A stretch of 64,000 nt of DNA from NCBI RefSeq assembly GCF_006345805.1, contig NC_042997.1, positions 198,090,001-198,154,000 of the forward strand, given 5' to 3'. Of this stretch, positions 24,641-39,480 are shown one piece after another. Below the pieces are notes generated by a model. It was given only the letters and a program-made list of their open reading frames with translations. It did not search any database and had not been told where the DNA came from. Within the stretch, counting starts at the first letter, position 1. Every line of letters starts with the position of its first letter. This DNA is from Octopus sinensis. Its lineage: Eukaryota. The position numbers were made by a program, and so were the translations under genes.

Positions 24641-25501
24641 AACAAACAATATTTTCCTCAAGTAGACAATTGCATTCATTCCTGTACATCTCGCCAAAAT
24701 TTCAGTAAAATGTCAACTACGTAAAATCTTGGATCAAACTGAGAAGTTACTATCCACCGGAGTTTATCTCAAAACTTTAATCCTATCCGTGGCATTCCTG
24801 GAATAATAATGGGAAGTATTGAAATAAGCAGTTCGTGAAAGTAAGACTTTTAATGGATGTGAGTGAATTATACACCAACTGTCAGTGAAAAAGGAAAATG
24901 ACTGTGATCACGGACTGCAGAAACTACAGCCATTGCATCGTAATTGTAAGTCTAGATACAAACCAATAATCATTAACGAATTCTAAAAGGTAAATACAGG
25001 CCTGGAATAGAAATAGCCAACACCAGTTTCTTCAGATTCAGTTCAGCTTCTCAAATGCAGAGTTTAAATAGTAAGATATCATTTTCTAGACTAGATCTCT
25101 ATCTATATATACATAAATGAAGGAAGAGCTTAGACGCATATATATACACAAATACACCCTGGAACATACACGCATGTTTTCGTTTTCCTAGTTAATGGCT
25201 CTGATGATTGCCACTCTCCTATTGGATTTATTTATTAGCCTCACATACTGCGGATTGTTATTTGTATATTTTTATGGTTTCTTGGTAGGGTATCTAACTC
25301 GGGTGAGTAGAAAATGTTTAAACTAAGTTGATAATGCATTTGCAAATAGTTACAACTTATCGATGTTGGAATCTATTTAAACAAATAGCTCGATAAAACA
25401 AAATGCGTGTGCCAATACATATATAGACATGGCCACAGCTCTGAGCTGAAAATGATAAAGCAAAAAAAAAAAACCCAATAAATATATATGTGTGTGTGTG
25501 T

Positions 25502-25558
<57 letters not shown>

Positions 25559-25951
25559 AGGCGCAGGAGTGGCTGTGTGGTAAGTAGCTTGCTAACCAAC
25601 CACATGGTTCCGGGTTCAGTCCCACTGTGTGGCATCTTGGGCAAGTGTCTTCTGCTATAGCCCCGGGCCGACCAATGCTTTGTGAGTGGATTTGGTAGAC
25701 GGAAACTGAAAGAAGCCTGTCGTATATATATATGTGTGTGTGTTTGTGTGTCTGTGTTTGTGTGTCTGTGTTTGTTCCCCTAGCATTGCTTGACAACCGA
25801 TGCTGGTGTGTTTACGTCCCCGTCACTTAACGGTTCGGCAAAAGAGACCGATAGAATAAGTACTGGGCTTACAAAAAATAAGTCCCGGGGTCGATTTGCT
25901 CGACTAAAGGCGGTGTTCGACTAAAGACTGAAACAAGTAAAAGAGAGAAAG
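25559..25951 (+). mobile_element. SINE family A, full length
   Basis: aggcgcaggagtggctgtgtggtaag (A-box-like), gggttcagtccc (B-box-like), ccttgggcaagtgtctt-type core and gaaacaagtaaaagag tail. Confidence 0.92.
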
Positions 25952-25967
25952 AGAAAGATATATATAT

Positions 25968-26310
25968 TCTCTTATTTGTTTCAGTCATGTGACTGCGATC
26001 ATGCTGGAGCACCGCCTTCAGTCGAATAAATCGACCCCAGGACTTATTCTTTCTAAACCTAGTACTTATTCTATCGACTTTTGCCTAACCACTAGTTACG
26101 GGGACGTAAATATACACAAACATCAGTTGTCAAGCGATGGTGGAGTCACACACACGACGAGCTTCTTTCAGTTTTCGTTTACCAAATCCACTCACAAGGC
26201 TTTGGTCTGCCGGAGTCTATAGTGAAGACACTTACTCAAAGTGCCACGCAGTGGGACTGTACCAGGACTCATGTGGTTGGTAAGCAAGCTACTTATCACA
26301 GTCACACCTA
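25968..26310 (-). mobile_element. SINE family A, inverted relative to its neighbour
   Basis: Reverse-complement match; the tail starts about 16 bp after the tail of 25559-25951. Confidence 0.88.
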
Positions 26311-27189
26311 TGACAAAAAAAATGTAAGATCCAAGGATCGAGGTGTAGGAAGAAAGTTAGCTTCAAGCAATCCGTAGTAAATGTAAAAAAAATAAATTCA
26401 AGGACTATAATGGTCTTTTGAGATGGAAGTTTGTGGATTGTTTCGTATCGAAGAAAGATAATCTGACAAAAAGTTCTTTTTATATTCTACGGTAGGCGAC
26501 TAGTTTTGCCGGGTGTGTAAATAAAAGATTTATGGAATGGAGTAGGTAAGATCCGGACTCCATGTTTTTCATAGTGGATGAAACCTCAGAGGAGGTAAAA
26601 ATCCAAGCGAGGTGTATAATACCGGCTACTCATATATGCATACACCACTTGTATATGTACGTATATGTATGTATATGCATTTAATGTAATGTGTGTGTAT
26701 ATATATGTATGTGTGCGTGTATATATGTATGAATGTACACACACACATATTTATGCAGTGCTAAATTCTTCCTTATTTAGTGAGAGTTATTTTGCAAACA
26801 ATGCACATACAATGCTTTTTATATTTCTTTTTTTGTTATTAAGGAAGCTCTTAAGTAATTTACCAATCAATCGCATGATCAATGTTTAATCAATCTTCTG
26901 CTGGTTCGTCGGACATTTTCCGTCATAGCCATTGACCTTATCGACAACACGATCCCGCATCTGTTTGTTCTACTTCGTTCAGAAATTGATTTCTTTGTTT
27001 TCCTTGCTATGTGAAGTTTATAGGATTTGAATTGCGCCAATTTTATTCCAATTCGAGTGATTTTTATTGTTTTCTGCGTTGCTTGATCATCAGTATCTAT
27101 GTTATGTTTACGAGTGTATGCGCGTATTGATACTAAAATTTCTTATGAGTAGCAGTATTGTAAAACGTATATTGCTAAGAGAAATATAT

Positions 27190-28725
27190 TTTTTGCAGTG
27201 CCTGGGTGACCTCTTCAGTTATAGGGGTCCAGATGTGTTCAGGTCCTAAGTTCGTTGTCTTGATAGCCGTTTTCTGAGGTTGTTCCTTTGCTGGTCATAT
27301 TTCTTTCCGAAATTCTTCCACTTCTTCTGCTGTTGGTGCTGCATTGATGTCTATTTTATTTTTGCCAAGCTCTTGCTAAAATCTTTTGGGTTTGGAATTG
27401 AACTGTTTGTTTTGTTCAAAGAAACGTTGGTGTTTCTCATACCGGCGGGTCCTTTTTGCTTTGGCAAGGATATATTGTTTTAGCTGTTCTTTTACTTCAG
27501 GTAACCCCTTTTCAGTAATGTAGTATTTACACAGTATTTTTTCTTGTTCCTTAGTAGTGTTGATTGTCTACTAGTTTCGTTAAGAATTGACAGATCTCTT
27601 CTCTCGTTTTCTATTTTTTCTGGATATTATTTATCCACAGGGTTTGTTTCGGTGGTGGTACTCCTGTTTGGATGGGTTTGAAGGAATGCCCAGCTTCTTT
27701 TGTGGCCACAGTGGCTGCTGCATATATTATGTCATTTAGCTCAGTGATATTGACATTTGTTTCTGTGGCTATTAGTAGTGTGACGGACAGGTTCATGCTA
27801 TTTATTATTGATGTTGTTTCATTATCTTTTTTGATTTTTTGGAGGTATAATCGGTGGTCCCAACTGAGATCTGTGGTTTTCAGTTCTTTGATTATTCTCA
27901 TTTTTATAGTATCATAATCATTAGTTTCCCCTTCACTATTTCCTGCTTTTAGATTTGTTTCACCTTCCTTCCCGTTCATGTCTGTCTGTTGTGTTTTGGT
28001 TTGGTGCTTTTTGCACATCCTTATACATTCCAACGGTCTGGGTTTGTTGTCTTTTGTTGTTTACTTCGCTTTTGTTGAAAGTGTTACGTCTGTCTTCGTG
28101 TTTTACAGTCTCAGTGCTTATATTATCTGGCATTGCTGTGTGATTACTATCTACATTTTCCTGGTGTGTTTTGCCTTTTAAATGTTCTATTTCTTTTACT
28201 TTTTTGTTTTGAGAATATATCTTCGTATGTTAGCTAGTTTCTTGGGGTTCATTGCGCTATCCAAGTCTTTATTTAGGTTATTTTTCTTCCAGATTTTATA
28301 TGTATATGTTGTTTTCGTTCTTTGGGTAGAGCGTTGCTGTAAAATAAGCGTGTAGGATTGAAAAATGTGTCCATATATGTTCCTCATGTGTCCATTTATG
28401 CTTTTTTGATTTTATTTGCGGAACATGAGGAACAACATCCGGTCCTTTATTTTGACGCTCATCATTTTCGTAGGGTACCGGTCCGTTCATTTCTGGTGTT
28501 GAATTATTTTTCACGTGTAGCTTTTCGTACTTTTTGTGTGACAAGTTTAAAGTACATACTTCCCGATGTTATTCTTGGGTTTACAACTACTATCGTGTGT
28601 GTTAGTTTTATTCCTGCTATTATTTATACTTCCTTCAACTGTAGTATCATTCACTTTATATTCTGTAAGAGATTATGATGCAGAAAAGACAGACGAATTT
28701 GTGGTTCTTGATAACATCATCTCAT
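27190..28725 (-). mobile_element. R4/Dong-like non-LTR retrotransposon N-terminal fragment
   Basis: Broken ORFs: KHKWTHEE..., IWKKNN...KKLANIRRYILK, ITELNDIIYAAATVAT..G...KQTLWINNIQKK, then RFFEQNKQF..NAAPTAEEVEEF. These match the region upstream of RT in R4/Dong elements. Confidence 0.7.
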
Positions 28726-31039
28726 CACTTTATACACGGTGATATCTATCGTACTGTTAGCATGTCAGTTGTCTGAACGAAGGTAGTATTTACCTGTAGG
28801 GAAACTTAGACACACCCTCACAGATGCATGAAATACCCACATATATAAACAACGAACCACGCACACTTATGCAAATATATATATATAATGTGTGTGCTTG
28901 TGTGTGATAGGCGCGCTCAAGAATATAGACATCAATACAGTTTACTAAGGAAGTGAAACTGCTTCTATTATAATGTGTGTTATTCCCTTTATTCTCTTGT
29001 GGATTGTTGCTATTAGAAAGTAATCAGCAAAGTGGCTGTTAAATTCAACAAAGCGATCTTTCAGTGTCACATATGTGTTTTCTTCTTCTCCAACTACCTG
29101 CTGCAGTGTGCTTTAGTAAAAATGTATACTGCCATTAATTATAAAACAGAATTACTTGAGTCGTTTTATCGACCAAAATGAAATTATCTTTAAAACATCG
29201 CAGCTGGAAAGCAATCTGCAAGTACACGTCTTTTGAGCGATTCTCATGTAGATATACATCAGTTAAATACAATTATGTATCTAATTAAGGTGCACGGTCA
29301 GGAAATATATAAGGAAAGAGCAATACGTCAATTAAAAGCCATCCCAGTACTTAATTCATATTACTTTTATTGACATAGAAGAATGAAGGGAAGGTAGAAT
29401 AGACGAGGCAGGATTTGAATTGAGAACTTAAAAGGGGCGTAACTATATACCACAAGGCATTAATCCTAGATATAGTTCCTAATGTCTCACATCACTATCT
29501 ACAAACAAGAAGATTGCATTAAATAATTTAGTTCCAGATGTACTCTGCTTGAACATAAGACGGCGCAGCCTCAGCTGAGATGCTTTTTGATCGGTAGGAG
29601 ATGACCTTGTGTTTAAGAACAACTGTATTAGTAACACACCTAATGCGTATAGAGCACTAATGGCAAATACTATTGGTTTTAAAAGGAAACGAAACTGAAT
29701 TGCCTGGTCGTAATCAAGTGGATGTATTTCCGGTAAAGCACGAAATGCATGGAAACTTTCGAAGAGCTGAGTGGGTAATAATTAAATCAATGTCAGTAAA
29801 TGTTATTGCCACGTGATTATAACTCCTGATGTGTTGAACTTCAGTTGAGACTAATAGAAGACAAAGCACTTTTTCCTTTCTTTTTTGATTGTAGAAGCGT
29901 TGCTAAATTCGCGATAAAAAAAAATTAAGAATTAGAAAACCTAAAACGTGATATATTTTCTTCTGCAATTTAAAATCCTTTTAATATAGAGACGGTTATG
30001 GCGTATCGTAGAGTTGTTCCTTCTGAATAGTGAATAAAATCAATACTGTATATGAATGACACATTTCAGACAATTTCAAAATGTATTTTAAGAAAATTTA
30101 TGCGTTAAGAAATGATTCCTTATTTTCATATTGTGATAATCAGGTAAAGTTTGTGATTTATAATTATGCAGAATTATACAGAAAGATATAAAACAATAGA
30201 TAACAACTGTAGACTTTGAATGGATCAAGGAATCTATAATTACACTAATGAGTACGTTACGACTATCTGTGAAGATAAGCTTTATGCAGCCTACTATTTC
30301 TGATACAGTGATGAATAAAGTGTCAGCATTAATGCAATTTTATGATATATTTCTATAATAATGTAGCGTAGGAAGGATGTAACGTTACGATTCTGAAGTG
30401 GTAGTTATTTAGTTATAATGGATATATAAAATATATGCAGCATGCAACGTGTGGTATTCCTTTGCTGCAACTTGCAATCAGTAAAAATATTTATGTGGAA
30501 ATGAATGCAACCGAAAGGAAGGACTAGAACGTTGGATTTATTGTTATAAGTAACTATAAGGCTTTTATGGTAGCATCTAAACAGCCTAGACATTTCTAAA
30601 TATATTTATGTATTTTATATAAAGAGTGATGACGGAACTATAATTTACACCGGTTTATAAACCGCGTTAATAGAAAGGGAAGTAATAAATATAAAGAAGA
30701 CTGAGTGAATTGGTTATGAAGAGTGGTCGGAAATGATGAGCAGGCTAATGGGTTAAAAGGCTGAAGTGACCGGAACATGGATATATGTAATGTTTACTAT
30801 GAGGGAGATAGAAATGTTACAAAATATAATAGCTGGAACATGAAATCATGGTTGGTTTGGGAATTGTGTCTGTGTGTATGTACGTGAGTATGTATGCGTG
30901 TATGAGAGAGAGAGAGGCGGAACACAAAGCAGAAGAGACAGTAAAGATTATTAATACAACTGTTAGAAAGAAACAATTGAAACCAAAATCCCTAAACATA
31001 TAAATTACAGATAAAAAGTTTTTCATTGGGAACGAAAAT

Positions 31040-32000
31040 ACTAAAGCTAAGAACAAGGGTTAATATGGAATCAATGTTTAACTGTTATTCCTTGTAAACT
31101 TAAAATTCTACAATAAAAGGAATTTAGCCCAAGGAAATACCGCTTTGAATGTTCGAAAATTTGGTATTTTTATATAAAATAATTAGTTTAGCCGAGAGTA
31201 AGTTAATAGTGAATCAAATAAGAGAAATAGGAGATCATAATAGTATTAAAAATATGTATAATATAATTAAGATTTTATTCCAGAAGTGAATTTAAAGGTA
31301 GACTCATCTAGGAGAAAGAATCTAGAGAAGACATATTCTTCAATTAAAAACAGTTTTTTCTCTATTTAAATATAATCAAATCGATGATTAGTAATGATGG
31401 AATAAGAATATTAAGAATATGCTCGTTTAAATAATTAAATAATTTGACACATTCAAAGATATTTATGTTCTATACCTAAAACCAGAAATGCAAGGCTCTT
31501 TAAGAAATATATGGAAAAGAAACAACAATAATTAATGGCTCACATCTCTTTTAAGAAACAAAATAGTAACAAAAAGTTATTACGCCTCAGACGTAGACAA
31601 CCCAGAAAAAATATGAAAGAAATTAAAATGAAATATACTAACCATATTATGGAAAGCAAACGATTTTAAGAGTTACGTAAGAGAATTTTATGTATTTGGT
31701 TTCAAAAATACCAGAAAGAGTCGGAGTAAATGCCATAGAAATAAGTGTCAAGGATTTAATTAGAGCAATGGACTTAAAATTTATATGGTTGGGATCTTAG
31801 ACAAGGCTGTTAAATGAAAAAGTGTCTGTAAAATGCTATTTGCTGGAGGAAAAAAATTAAACATTAAAGCAACTAGTATTCTTCAGTCGTAAGACTGTTA
31901 TACATAAAGAACATGTCTAAAGAAATGTCGAACGAGATACAATTGGCGCTGTATGAAATTAATAGACTATTTAAAATTTAAAAAGGCTATAATTACTGAC
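31040..32000 (+). mobile_element. Possible very old L1/Tx1-like ORF2 remnant
   Basis: Only scattered motifs (LAQG; MDLKFIWLG..RL..KV) amid many stops. Confidence 0.25.
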
Positions 32001-33364
32001 TTGTAATCAGTATGTTTGGAGACACTTAGTAGGGTGGAAAAAAAGATATTACATGCGTAAAATTCATAAAATAATTGTAAAGTAAGAATATTAGACCTTA
32101 TAAGATTACATTAAGACGAAATACAAAATGAATGTTTACGTAATCGAGGTCAAAGAATTATTAGATTTTGTGAAATAGCAAATAGCACAAATTAGAAAGA
32201 AAAGAATTTTGTGGTAAAACATACATCTAATACATACATATATGTGTGTGTATGTGTGTGTGTGTGGTGTGTGTGTGTGTGTGTGTGTATCTATGTATGC
32301 ATGATGTATAGAGGAAAAAATGAGCAATATGACACGAAACTGATTGAAAAAGTTACAGTAATATATCAAAAAGTTGATTGGAGGTGTATAGTATTGTTAC
32401 CTATTTAGAAATATAGCAGGCTTAACATATATTACAGTTCTAAAACAAATATGCCTACAAGATGTGACTATTTCCCAATGTAAATAACGTAATGTGAAAT
32501 TGAAAACATGATTTATGATTTTGAGCTAGAGACTTAGCAGATACGTTATATTATCACCATAGAGTAGTCATCGACCATGTAGACTTCTGATTTATTCAGA
32601 TTTTTCTTTTAAAGGTAATTACTTCCATATATGCATAATTATGTTGCATATTACTATAAACAATATCATTCTTTTGTCTCTTGGGTTTTCATGCACTGCT
32701 ACTGTTTGATAGGACATTTTATACTTTAAGATTTATAACATTTTAGTGCAGCATCGTTTGTATCTCATTAGACTTTATTTCAAAATGTCCTTTAAACTAT
32801 AATTTTTAAAAATTCTTTTTATTCTTGTATGCGTTTTGGACCGAAGGCCGTGGTGATGCTTGGGTGCCAGCGGTTTATCACTTTTTCAAAAGCAATGCAG
32901 TGCCCCAGCACGGCCGCAGCCTCAAGGGTGAAACATAAAATAATAAAAGAATTCCTTTTTGATTGACTTTCAGTGATAAAATGTTCAATGAAAGCATTTA
33001 TGTAAAACTAAAGGTTGTATTAAAAAATATAAATTGGGGGTTGTTTAATGGTAATTATATGTATGTTCTACTTAACAATGAGATAGGTATTACAGATTGG
33101 ACAGAAAGAATTAAGCTAATTTATTGAATGATATAATTACAAAATGAAAGATCAATAGATTAAATTTACATTTATATAATGGTATTAAATATGGTTTAAA
33201 TAATGGTTGTTTTAATAAGTAAGTGTACTATTATCTATTGTTTAAAATGTGTGTTATATGGGTTTCCTAAATAGTGAAAATTTTAAGTAGTGGAATATTG
33301 GATAAGCTCCTGAGAACTAATATACAATCTGCTATTTCAATTTATATATATTACTTTATATATA

Positions 33365-33665
33365 AAAAATACAAAATGGGACAAGAACGCAAAACATCCA
33401 GACAGTTAGGTGATACAAAAAGGGAAACAAAACATCCAGATAGACGATACAAAGAAATCAAGGGCGGGTCACTCGGAGTTTTCTTTCCTCTGTCGAGTTC
33501 CAGATTATCTTTGCAATTTCCGCTGGTTATACTCGAGATTGCTCTAATCTGGCTAGGAAAAACTAAGGTAAGAGCATTAGAGTCCTTGCAAGAAAGCAGC
33601 AAATGTATACGGAAACAAGGACGGAATAAACGGAGAATGTTATACAAATACAAATAACAGGTGTC
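33365..33665. mobile_element. Dispersed non-coding repeat, copy 1
   Basis: ggacaagaacgcaaaacatccagacagttaggtgatac...gagttccagattatc is the reverse complement of 48770-48965; both sit next to TA-rich sequence. Confidence 0.75.
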
Positions 33666-35102
33666 TTTCGACTAATCATATTAAGCTGGCGTGTGTGGAA
33701 GTTAAACCTTATGGCAGGGATACAAGATTTCACAGGCACAGGGAGAAATATAAATGTTGCACGGACGGCGGTCGAACCAGGAAAGATAGGTCAGGCTTGG
33801 CCGAACACTGGTCATTGGGGAGAGAAGAGAGAGAGGTAGTGGCAGGGAGACAGAAGAAATAAGGAGGGGCGAGAAAAAGTGACAGGGACACAGTGAAGGG
33901 AAAAGAGGGGGGAAAGTGAGTATGATGAGAAGGCAATGAAATGTGAGAGAGGGGGAACGAAAGAAGGAAGAGTAGAATGAACGAGTAAGCGTGAAAGGGC
34001 TGGTAGAAAGAAGGAAAGAATAATAGAAAGAATAGAGAGAAGAGAGAGAGAGTAAAATATTTGAATTTATTAAGATGATAGTATTGCATAGTTAAGAGTA
34101 AATTGATAATATCCTTTCGGATTATGTTGTAAAGATTAGGTAAAAAGTGGATATAGGTGAGTTACATGGAGTATAAGTAAGGTAGGATTTACAATGGATG
34201 TGATATTATGCATTATTGTATTAGGGTAAGATAAGTATGGGATTAAGTATAAAGAAAATAAAAATCAGAATAAAAACTTTTATATTAATATCAAAGTGGA
34301 TAAAAATGGCGGTTATAATTCTGTGCCCTAATAAGAAATGTTACTGAAAATTATGCGGATGGTATTATATATGCTAATTAATCTACTTGTACATTAGAAA
34401 ACAGGATATATATATGAACATGTGATTAGGAAGAATTATGTTCACCTACGGAATAAGTTATGTATATATACAAAAAGTAATTTGATGTTGTAATTATATG
34501 CAATGCATTTTATGTTATATGATATAGTGAAATAGTGTTGGAAAATAAATATATAATTATATAAATTTGGAGAAAAATATATTTATGAGCATGCACACAT
34601 TGGTAAAATATTTCTGATTTATCATTTAAGAGATTGTGTTTAGAGAACAGGATATGGTATGTTTCATAAGTTACATGTCTTTATCCCATCTTCTTCCCAT
34701 AAACTTTTATAAATATATTTTTAAAATGCATTTGATGTTTTAGCAACACTTCAATGATTCATATCTAATCACATGAACTACGCGTCCCAATAGGTTGTCT
34801 ACATTTGAACATTTCGAAACACAGTTGTCAAATTATTTCGTAATTCAAGACCGGAAGATATATGCTTTGTTACATCTATAATCGTTCGAATGTTGATGAT
34901 TCAAACATACAGTCGGACTGAAACATGTGTAGGATATTTTTGCATATTTTTCGGTGTTTTTTATCCGGTTCCTTTTATACTTACTCTTAGAGGTATCACT
35001 TTTACTTTGCATTACGCTTCCATTATGATAAAAATAAAATGAATCAAATTTCTATTACATTTTCACCTCCATTTTCTTTTATCAAGTTTATAAATTATTA
35101 GA

Positions 35103-35158
<56 letters not shown>

Positions 35159-36066
35159 TGTAAATTTATGGTGAATACTTGATAAGTGTAAGCACCTGTA
35201 TATGCCAGATAGTAGCAGAGGTGAGAGAGAATATATCAAATAAAGTTAAGAACAGAACACAAAGGATATCGCAGTACACGTGTTTCAAGCTTTATAAACA
35301 ATCCGTTATTACATCAGCGTATTATTTATATAAAAGATGGTTTAAAGCTCTCTTCAGCCGCAAACATTGTTAGTCCAAAGAATTACATCATAGTATGAAA
35401 AGTACATGTAGTATTGCCCATTATAATAGGTTTATAATATCTCCTTCCTAACTGTATAAATTGGATTTCGAAAATCTGCCCATACTGTATCACCAGTCAA
35501 AATAGAGCGACTGTTAAATAGATTGGAATGAGTTTATATTTAATTCTCTTGTATAAGATAGGAAAGAAAACAAGATAGAAGAAAAAAAATAGAGAAAAAA
35601 GTTAAGTTAAAAACAACAATAAAAAATAAGGAATAAAGAGCAAGATTACTGGAAGTAAAAGACCATTCGACTATTCGTTGAGGTTGTAATTTGATATCGT
35701 TGTGATGAATGGTCAGTTTACACAAACTCGCCACTAAAAGTTACTAGCTTTATAAGTTTATAGTATATGTATATTGAATTAATTGCGAAAATAACTCTAA
35801 TAGTTCAGATACTAAGAAATAAGCATACTCAATTTTATTTTTACCAAATAATTTAGGAAAATGAATGGGTTATTTACCTTGCCTATATATAAGGATCCCT
35901 TCCAGGCGCCTATTATCGATTTCTTCATCACCTGATTATATTATGAGGTTTCCAGACATGAGTTCTACTCACGTGTCAAGTTTCATCAAAATCGATAAAA
36001 CGATGTAGGATGAATTAGCTAAGAACTCTACAAACACACCCACAGACAGAATTTCCCACACATGTA

Positions 36067-36104
<38 letters not shown>

Positions 36105-36128
36105 TATATATATATATACACTATATGG

Positions 36129-36202
<74 letters not shown>

Positions 36203-36397
36203 TATATATATATATACACTATATGGACATACACACACACACACACACATATATAATATATATACAGTATATATATATACACTATATGGAACATACACAC
36301 ACACACACACACACACAACATATATATATATAATATATATATATATATATTATATATACAGTATATATATATATATTACACTATATGGACATACACA

Positions 36398-36434
<37 letters not shown>

Positions 36435-36538
36435 CAGTATATATATATATACACTATATGGACATACACACACACACACACACACCATATATATATATAT
36501 ATATATATATACAGTATATATATATATACACTATATGG

Positions 36539-36574
<36 letters not shown>

Positions 36575-36644
36575 TATATATATATATATAATACAGTATA
36601 TATATATATATACACTATATGGACATACACACACACACACCCAC

Positions 36645-36690
<46 letters not shown>
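36067..36690. repeat. Minisatellite built from microsatellite-containing units (anchor cactatatggacatacac x7)
   Basis: Anchors near 36121, 36219, 36281, 36381, 36453, 36531 and 36613, separated by variable (CA)n/(TA)n and a recurring cagtata motif. Confidence 0.92.
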
Positions 36691-36692
<2 letters not shown>

Positions 36693-38157
36693 TACATACA
36701 TGCATACATATGTACGTGTATATACACGTTTATAGATATACTATATATACGTGTGTGTGAATGTTCATCTCGGTCTTTCTAGCGTCATCCTTATACTTTC
36801 GTCGTATTTCAAATTTTTCCAATTTTTAAACTTATTCATGGATATAATCCCTGTAAAGAATTCTTCCTAATTAAATGTCAAGAATATTTTACTTTTACTT
36901 CTTATGTTTTTGCAAATAAAATTTCTTTAGATATTTATTATTTTTAGTAAATTATTATCCTTGTATTTTAGCCATGATATTCTCAGAAGTCTTCTACATG
37001 TCACTATCTGACAAACTTATAAATTAATTGCTAATGTTTCTATTGATATCTAATGTTTGGCCTCAATATAGAAGGGTAGACGATGCGTAGCATTTTAATA
37101 ATAATTTTCTAGTCTCGATATTTTTATTTGTTGATGTTTGTGTGTTTGACATTTTTTCACATTTCGAAACATTGCAATCCTTGTTTTCATTCAGTTTCAC
37201 ATTTACCATTTTCTGATGGCCTATATGCCAATTATTTTATGTTTAGTGACTGTTATTTCCTCCAGATTACCATTAATGTATTTTTCTTTAGAAATATCTC
37301 CATTTCACGAGAGATTCTTTTATCATTTGCTGTTGCTAAAAGATCATCGCTGTTGAAGGTTAATAAAATAGTTTGATCTAAGGTTTTTAACGCTCACTGA
37401 TCTTTCCGTTTCTCTGTCGTTTTTTTCTTTTTTCACGTATCCGACGGTTTTTAGAAGTATAAATTATATAAACTAGAACATGCTACACCGCCTCGCCTCA
37501 TTCCATTCATAAACTCAAATCTTGGTGTTTCTCTACTTTAGTTCTTACTACAACATTTTCTAGGCTTTTATTATTTATCCTAAGTTCTAATAGACTGACA
37601 ATAATTTTGCATGTTTTACTTATAACATATTTTAGCGTGGTCTATAGAACGATGTAAGGCTTTTTTCTTTTATCTTCTGACATTGAGAAAAGTTTAATCT
37701 ACTTAATGCAGCATTTTGGGAGTAAGAACATAAACCTGTCAAAGGAATATCGTATAGATATACTACTTTAAGGAGAGGAAAATAGTTGTTTCGTATTTAT
37801 AAAAGCATGAAAAGTATGAAAACCTTCTCAATTATTCCTGACAATGTTATTTATTGTATAATGAAAATTATTACAAATAATGGCGAAAAACATGATCCTT
37901 CTATTTTGTATAATACATAATACTACACTCAATTTAAATTTTCTTTTTGTTTTACATTTGGCAACTGACACTTGCTTCTACTCGCAAAGAAACAAAAAAA
38001 TTATACTATTGTACTAGGTGGAAAGTAGTAGGAAAAATAAAAAAGAATGTCATGAATGATAGAGACAAAAAATGAATGTACAAACTACTAGATAAAGGTG
38101 GTCTTTAAAAGTACGAAAATATTGCTGTTTTTGTTTCCGACTATAAATGGCTCTTAC

Positions 38158-38287
38158 CTGTCAGTCATAGATGGGACTTGGTCATATATGTGGTGCCATA
38201 ATCCTACTGCACGAGAGATGTTTCTTTCCTCATTTCCAAGTAAACTCTCGCCAGTTTGAATGAACTTAGACGGTGAAACAATTTTAT
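38158..38287 (-). CDS. Candidate internal coding exon of an unknown gene (weak)
   Basis: Acceptor tttatattacag|AT and donor GACAG|gtaaga bound 130 bp open in one frame (xKIVSPSKFIQTGESLLGNEERNISRAVGLWHHIYDQVPSMTD). No recognised homology. Confidence 0.25.
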
Positions 38288-38939
38288 CTGTAATATAAAT
38301 TGGACATGGGCGATCGTTGTATTCTTTCTTGTCTTGAGGTTCACAGCCAAGCGGCTGGGTGGATTCGCGTGAAAAATGGCACACATGTGGAGATGAGTGC
38401 GTAGATTGGAATGCAGTTTGTATTTTTTTCCTAGCCCCCATACTTACCGAGAAAATCAATTAAAACTTTTCACATGAAATTCCTCTCTTTCTTCCGCCAT
38501 TAAAACAACCAGTTGCTTAGAAGCTGTTTTCTGACGGGGTGGGATCAGGATATTTTCCTACAGCTGGAGGGTCCAATCGAAACAGGGGACCCGAAATGAT
38601 AAGGTTTAGAAACGCTGTTATAGATTATGCCTAACCGAAAACGATCTCAGTCACACCATCCAAACAGACCAGGTGAAACCGGGATTAGCTGCTAGTTAAT
38701 CTATAAAACTATTTAGATATAAAGCTATAAGAGTGAGTATTTTGTATTAAAAATATCTATTCCATATTTGTATTTATTTCATTTGTCAGCAATCAATATT
38801 TAAATGAATGTGGCAAAATGATGAATGTTGAAAGTGTGTGATGTCTCTCTGAATTCTCGGTTCAAAAATATCGAATTGTCTGTCTGTCTGTCTCTCCTTC
38901 CTTCCTTCCTTCCTCTCTTATATACACCGACGCACACAC

Positions 38940-38981
<42 letters not shown>

Positions 38982-39480
38982 TATATCGTACATATATTCA
39001 TATATATATATATTATATTTATTAATCAATATATGGAGGCCGCTGGGGGCAAAGGAATTCTACAAAATTTTTTTTGCCTCCCTATATTGATTAATTATGA
39101 ATTTTCTGGTTGGTTCCGTAATGGAATCGGCGGCTTATATTTATTTGCTGCCGATAAATTTGGCGCGTTTGCGACGATTTGAAAATTTTAGGTCAGATAT
39201 TGGCGAGGCATGGACGAGAATGCCTCGTGAAAAATATCTGTTCCGATTTGGCTATTCCTTACTGATGAATCTAAGGGCCTATGGTAGATTGGCTTGATTT
39301 AATTTAATCAGGTTAGTTTACCATTAAACAGTAGAAGAAACGGTGCATCGTATAAGGAATTTCAGGTAAATGTTTTTTAATTTTCTCCTGGTTTACGGAA
39401 TTAATGTTATTTTGGCGGTTGAAGCTTTTGGCTGTTATTTCTAGTGGGTGAATGGCCTATTATGGCCGTTCCTTGATTGT

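Noticed and set aside
34895-34945. ttgatga...gactgaaacatgtg hammerhead-like string
   Set aside because: C3 is lost, the cleavage triplet would be GUG, and there is no stem I.
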